From Raillietiella orientalis (Eukaryota), in contig JAYWIR010000009.1 of NCBI GenBank assembly GCA_036172245.1, positions 806,001 through 870,000 on the forward strand: a DNA stretch of 64,000 bases, read 5' to 3'. The notes below the pieces were generated by a model, which was not told the origin of the DNA, made no database searches, and saw only the letters and a list, made by a program, of their open reading frames with translations. The position numbers and the translations under genes are program-made. Below are positions 59,560 to 64,000 of this stretch, in pieces; the first letter of the stretch is position 1; every line of letters starts with the position of its first letter.

Positions 59560-62500
59560 TCCCACTGCGGCGTTCAATTCCAAGCGGAGCGTTCAACTCC
59601 ACTCGCTTTAGTTCCTCCCCCCCCCCCTCCCGCCTCTCCCCCTCTCCCCCCTCCTCCTCGCTCCCTCCTTTTTCTCCTCGCCTGTTGACGGTAAACGTGG
59701 CTCCCTCTCTTGAACGCGCTCGGACTCGGAAGAGGGAAGAGGAAGATGGCAGCAACTCACCGCCCGTTGCGGGCTACGGACCAGGGAGTTATCGGCTGGA
59801 CTCGGCTGGATGGCTGCCCCTCGACTACGGCTCGGCCCCCTCGTTCGCCGTCGGCGAAGCCGGGCGACGCGGATACCCGGGTGTTCCTCCGTCTATCCGC
59901 AGCTGAAGAAGCCATTCATCCGATGGACGGATCGTTTCGCAGCCGCTCGCTTCCCTGACGTGCTAACAGGATGAAATAATTGGGGAGGGGGTGCTATTTC
60001 GGGATCTGGTACACCGGAAGATGCCTCACCTCTCCAACGAGTTAACCAACGTTTCGGGAACACCTAAGGGGGAAAGAAGCGATTACGCTCGGTGAAGGAG
60101 TAAAACTGGAGGCTCGCGTCCGTTTGTCCTGCCTCCCGGACGGGAGGGACGCAAAAAGAGGGGAGGAGGGGAGGGTAGGAAACCAAAGATGGAAGCACGC
60201 AAACAGGGAAGAGGACTTCCTTTCCCTTACCTTCCGGGTCCTCCTCCGGCGTTCCCGCAGGTGAACGAACATCCACGCAGCTCTGTCTGGACTCCACCGG
60301 CTCGCTCCGGAGGAGGAGACGCGAGCGAACGCCCGAACCTGTGGACAAAGGAGAGGAAGGGAGAGGGGTAAAGGGAACGGGAGGCGAGTCCACACGCGGA
60401 CGGAGCACTCGCTGCCACGCCTCGGACGCGGTAGCCGAGTGGTCACCCTGGAAACTCGACCGAGAGGACGGTCGAGGAATGAAGAGGAAGGAGAGACCAC
60501 ACCGCGCGACTGGCTAGGAGAAGTTTCGCAGGCAGGACCGGTGCGACGCAGGGCAACGGGTCGGGGAGTCGGAAGGAAAGGTGGACGGGTACGTGGATGG
60601 ATCTGTGTGGCGAGTGGATGAAACGAACAGGTGGACAGGCTGAAAGGCAGGCGGGAAATTCGTGGACGGAGGTGATGAATGGGCTGAGAGTGAACGGAAG
60701 GTGGGCAAACGAGGCAACGAATGCGGGAGCCAAGCGTTTCGAGTGGACGGACAGGTGAGGGAAACGGAGGACGAGAGAATGGGTGGGCGCGAAGTGGGGA
60801 GGCTGCTGCATGAATCGGTGGGTGGACGAGATGAGGCTGCGCATCAGCATGTGATCTTCCTGACGAACGGTCGAGCGCCTCAGCATGCGACTTAGACGGT
60901 GGTCGAGCTGGCGGATGGGCGGGACGACGGCTAACGGCAGATGAAGGAGGAAGTGGACGACGCGAGAACGAGGACGCCATCGGAAGGAAGGGAGAGGCGG
61001 AATGGAACGAACGCAAACATGCAGAGGCGCCCGGAGTGGACAGGACGTCCGAACTAGCATGTGAGAGTGGGGCGAAAGGAAGCATGAAGGGGGAAGAAAA
61101 GAGTAGAACGTGCTTTTGGAACCGGAAAGAGTGAGAGCAGTTGAAGCCGGAGTGAATGTCCACCCTCTCGAGCTCCCACCGCCGCTGATCTTCCTTCGTC
61201 TCACGCAGCCTACGGGGAAAAGGCTGTCCTCCGCCTGGAGCGCATCCCACAGGTCTCCAGACTGCCCGTGAAAGACAACGCGAGCAGTCCTTTGCGTGTC
61301 CCCTTGAGGTGCTCCAGTCTGACTCCATCCCTTCCCCACCGCGCGCTCCTCTCGACGGCAACCATTCTTTTTCCTCCCTTTCCCTTCCTCCTCCTCCTGG
61401 TGCCCCTTGTTTCTTCATTCATTTCCACTGCCAGTCTTCCTCATCCGCCGCCCCCACAGAGAGGCTGCGAACGCTGGCGGTGTGCTCTTCATCTCGCCCT
61501 TGGCTCGCGGCGGCACCGCGTCGGGAGTTATCGGCCTCCCGCAACGCGTCCGTTGCCTCGCAACCGAGGCCATGGGCCCACTTTGGAATCCGCCTCGGTT
61601 AGCAACGCGGTGTTTCCATTGTTGCGGAAATTCCGAGGAAACGGAAATGAGGGGGAGGAGGGGGTCGGCCAGGGCGCAGCAGTGGGCTGGCGCCATGAGT
61701 GCACGCTTATCTGCCGAGCTCTCCCTTCATCCCCCCCCTTTCCCTTTAACCCCGCAGGCGAGCCTCCGCGGAGCGTCGGCCAGGGAATCCACGCGCGCAG
61801 CCGTGTCCCGATGCACCCTTCCGCTCGTTTCCCCCCTCCCGCGCTTCCGCGGGTGGGCTCAAGGGCGGGGCAGGGTAGGGGAGAGACGATCGGAGCATCT
61901 CTCATGGGCGAGATGGGGAGGGGCACGCGACCTCGAGACCTCCGGAGGTCACGGCTGCTTTCAGTACTCCCCCTCGCCTCCTTCTTTCCGGTCAATCGCG
62001 TGACCCCGATCTCCCCCTCTCCCCGGCTCTCCCTCCGGTTCAGCGAGAGGCCGAAGGAGGGCACAAGTGGGGCTTCGCCCACGGTCCCTCGCGGTCGCGT
62101 CATCCCTCCGGTAGGACGCGCGCGTGCGCCTCCTACCCCACCCCTGCGCGTCCTTAGTGTGGCTGCTGACACGGAGTCGCCACCGTGCGCCCTCGCTCGC
62201 CGTCCTGCCCTCGGGAGGGGAGGGGGAACGTCCCTCCCACCTTGGGGCTATGCATATTCATCTCCACCCTGACTTCCCTCTCCGTCTTGTCCCGTGCGCC
62301 AGAGCTCTCGTCAGGTCCCAAGGTTCCTGCTGGACGCCCCGTCCTCCGGTCAGTCCTCGCGTCGGCAGGGAACGGAGGTGCCCACGCACTCTTTTCCGAT
62401 CGCGTGTCGCCACGCGCGAGGAGAGCCTGTGGAACGAGTCCTCGAGCTGGGCGTCGTCATCCGCTCGGAGGGCGCAACGCGGGGCGCAGCGGGACCTGCC

Positions 62501-64000
62501 GGTCCGCCGGTTCAGCAGTGACAGAGCTGGCGCGAGCGCGTCCGGAAACTCCTCTGCCGAGGAACGGCGTCTTCGGCGGAACGATCGCCGGAGCAACCTT
62601 GCCGCAGCTCGCGTGACTTCCCGCTGGAGCATGCACACGGGGTCGTGCTCCTGTCAAGCCATGTGCAAGCTGGAGGAGGCAGGGATGGGGACGCGCGGAC
62701 GATAACGGTGCAGCCATCGCTGCGGCGGGCGGTCCCATTGCCGGCCACGTTGGAGGGCATCCGTAGCGTGGTGGCGATACGGCCGCCTCCACGGAGCCAG
62801 AAGGAACGGCGGGAATCTGGAAGCTGCCCCAGTGGTTTGGACTCCCTCAGAGGCGGCAGCGTGGACACTCTTGAGAGGGAAAGACAAGGGCACAGGCGGC
62901 GATGCAGGATTTCCATCCATTCTTCGATTTCTGCTCCCTCCCTTCTTTCTCCCAGCAGCGCTCCTCTATTTATGCTGCCTCTATCCATTTATTTGTGCAT
63001 TCCGCTCCCTACGAGGTGGACTGCCACAGCGAGCGTAGAGAGAGCGCGCTCGCGCACCCGCTCCAAGCCGGGATGCGACTAGAAAACGCTCGCGCATGTG
63101 CGCTGATCGAGCCAACGTGCGGTTCGGGCTCCCAGCCGAGCTGAGCTGAGCATTGTTGTCGCCCGTCTCCGCGGCAACGAGCATTGTTGGGAACGAACAT
63201 CGTTTGTTTCCTTTGTTGCGCCGCGTCGCTTCCACTGCAGCAACCGGCGAGACATGCGTTTACGCTTCTGCCTGGCCCTGGGGGCGGAACATCCAGCTTT
63301 CCCTCCTCCAGGACACCATGGACTGGAAACACCCCGGTACCGAATGTCCCCTCGGAAAACGACTGCTTCCTGCAGTGGTGCCACCGCCCTCCCGGGCAAA
63401 CGAGGCACGTTGAAAAGGCGAGAGGTTCCACATGCAAGCACTTGCGTGCGGGACGGGAGCGACTCGCGGCCGAAGGGATCGGATCGTTCCTCCCCCGGGA
63501 GCTGCCGTCAAATGAGAGGATGAAGAGGAGGGTTGAAAGCTTCCTGGTCCTCCGTACTGAGGTAGCGCGTCTTCGAATCGGCAAGACGACGAGTGAGGGG
63601 AACGAAAGGCACGTCGTCGTCGTAAACTCTAAGGTGACGAGTAGTCCCGAGGACCCAAACGGTCCTCGGAGACGGTAGAGCCTTTCCCGGGACGAGCCGG
63701 ATCAGGTCGCCGTCCCCAGCCCTCTCCCCTGCCGGCAGGGGGCCCCGGCGCGAGTTGCACGCTAATCCTGGCAGCAGCACCTCCCTCGGCTTCCTGTCAA
63801 TCGGCGCAGTGGAAGGGTCGGGCCTTTCCGGGCTCTAACGCCATTCCCTCCAGCGAGCTGCGGAAGCTTAACAGGAATGCTGCTTCGGGCACCCCGTCGC
63901 GAGGGAGGGAACCCGGGCGGGGAGAGCGGAAGAGGAGGGGGAAAGCGAGCGGAGGGCCCTTCCCGCCCTCTGCGTTCGCTTTTTTGCGTCGAGTGGATTC

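Overview
GC-rich, CpG-rich, homopolymer- and microsatellite-laden eukaryotic DNA, almost certainly arthropod. Only one protein-coding gene is well supported: a single-ORF, multiple-cysteine-cluster 'Long Toll' receptor (Tollo/Toll-8- or Toll-6-like, 1324 aa, minus strand, 55076-59050). It has an exactly spaced Inr+DPE core promoter with a predicted TSS at 59556. The ~55 kb downstream of it looks like a gene desert. It holds two inverted copies of an unclassified ~0.7 kb repeat, one interrupted by a 5'-truncated, decayed L1/Tx1-like non-LTR retrotransposon with a 7-bp TSD. It also holds a 125-bp inverted-repeat pair, small tandem duplications, AT-richer islands and recurrent Exd/Hox-, Sox- and Pax-type motifs. 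The remaining ORFs in the track look like GC-driven noise. I see no convincingly novel biological system. The best leads are the possibly target-specific LINE insertion with asymmetric flank divergence, a possible spliced alternative C-terminus of the Toll, its poly-Gly TIR BB-loop and its YxxM/poly-Pro tail. All identities and alignments were read by eye; no database searches were run.
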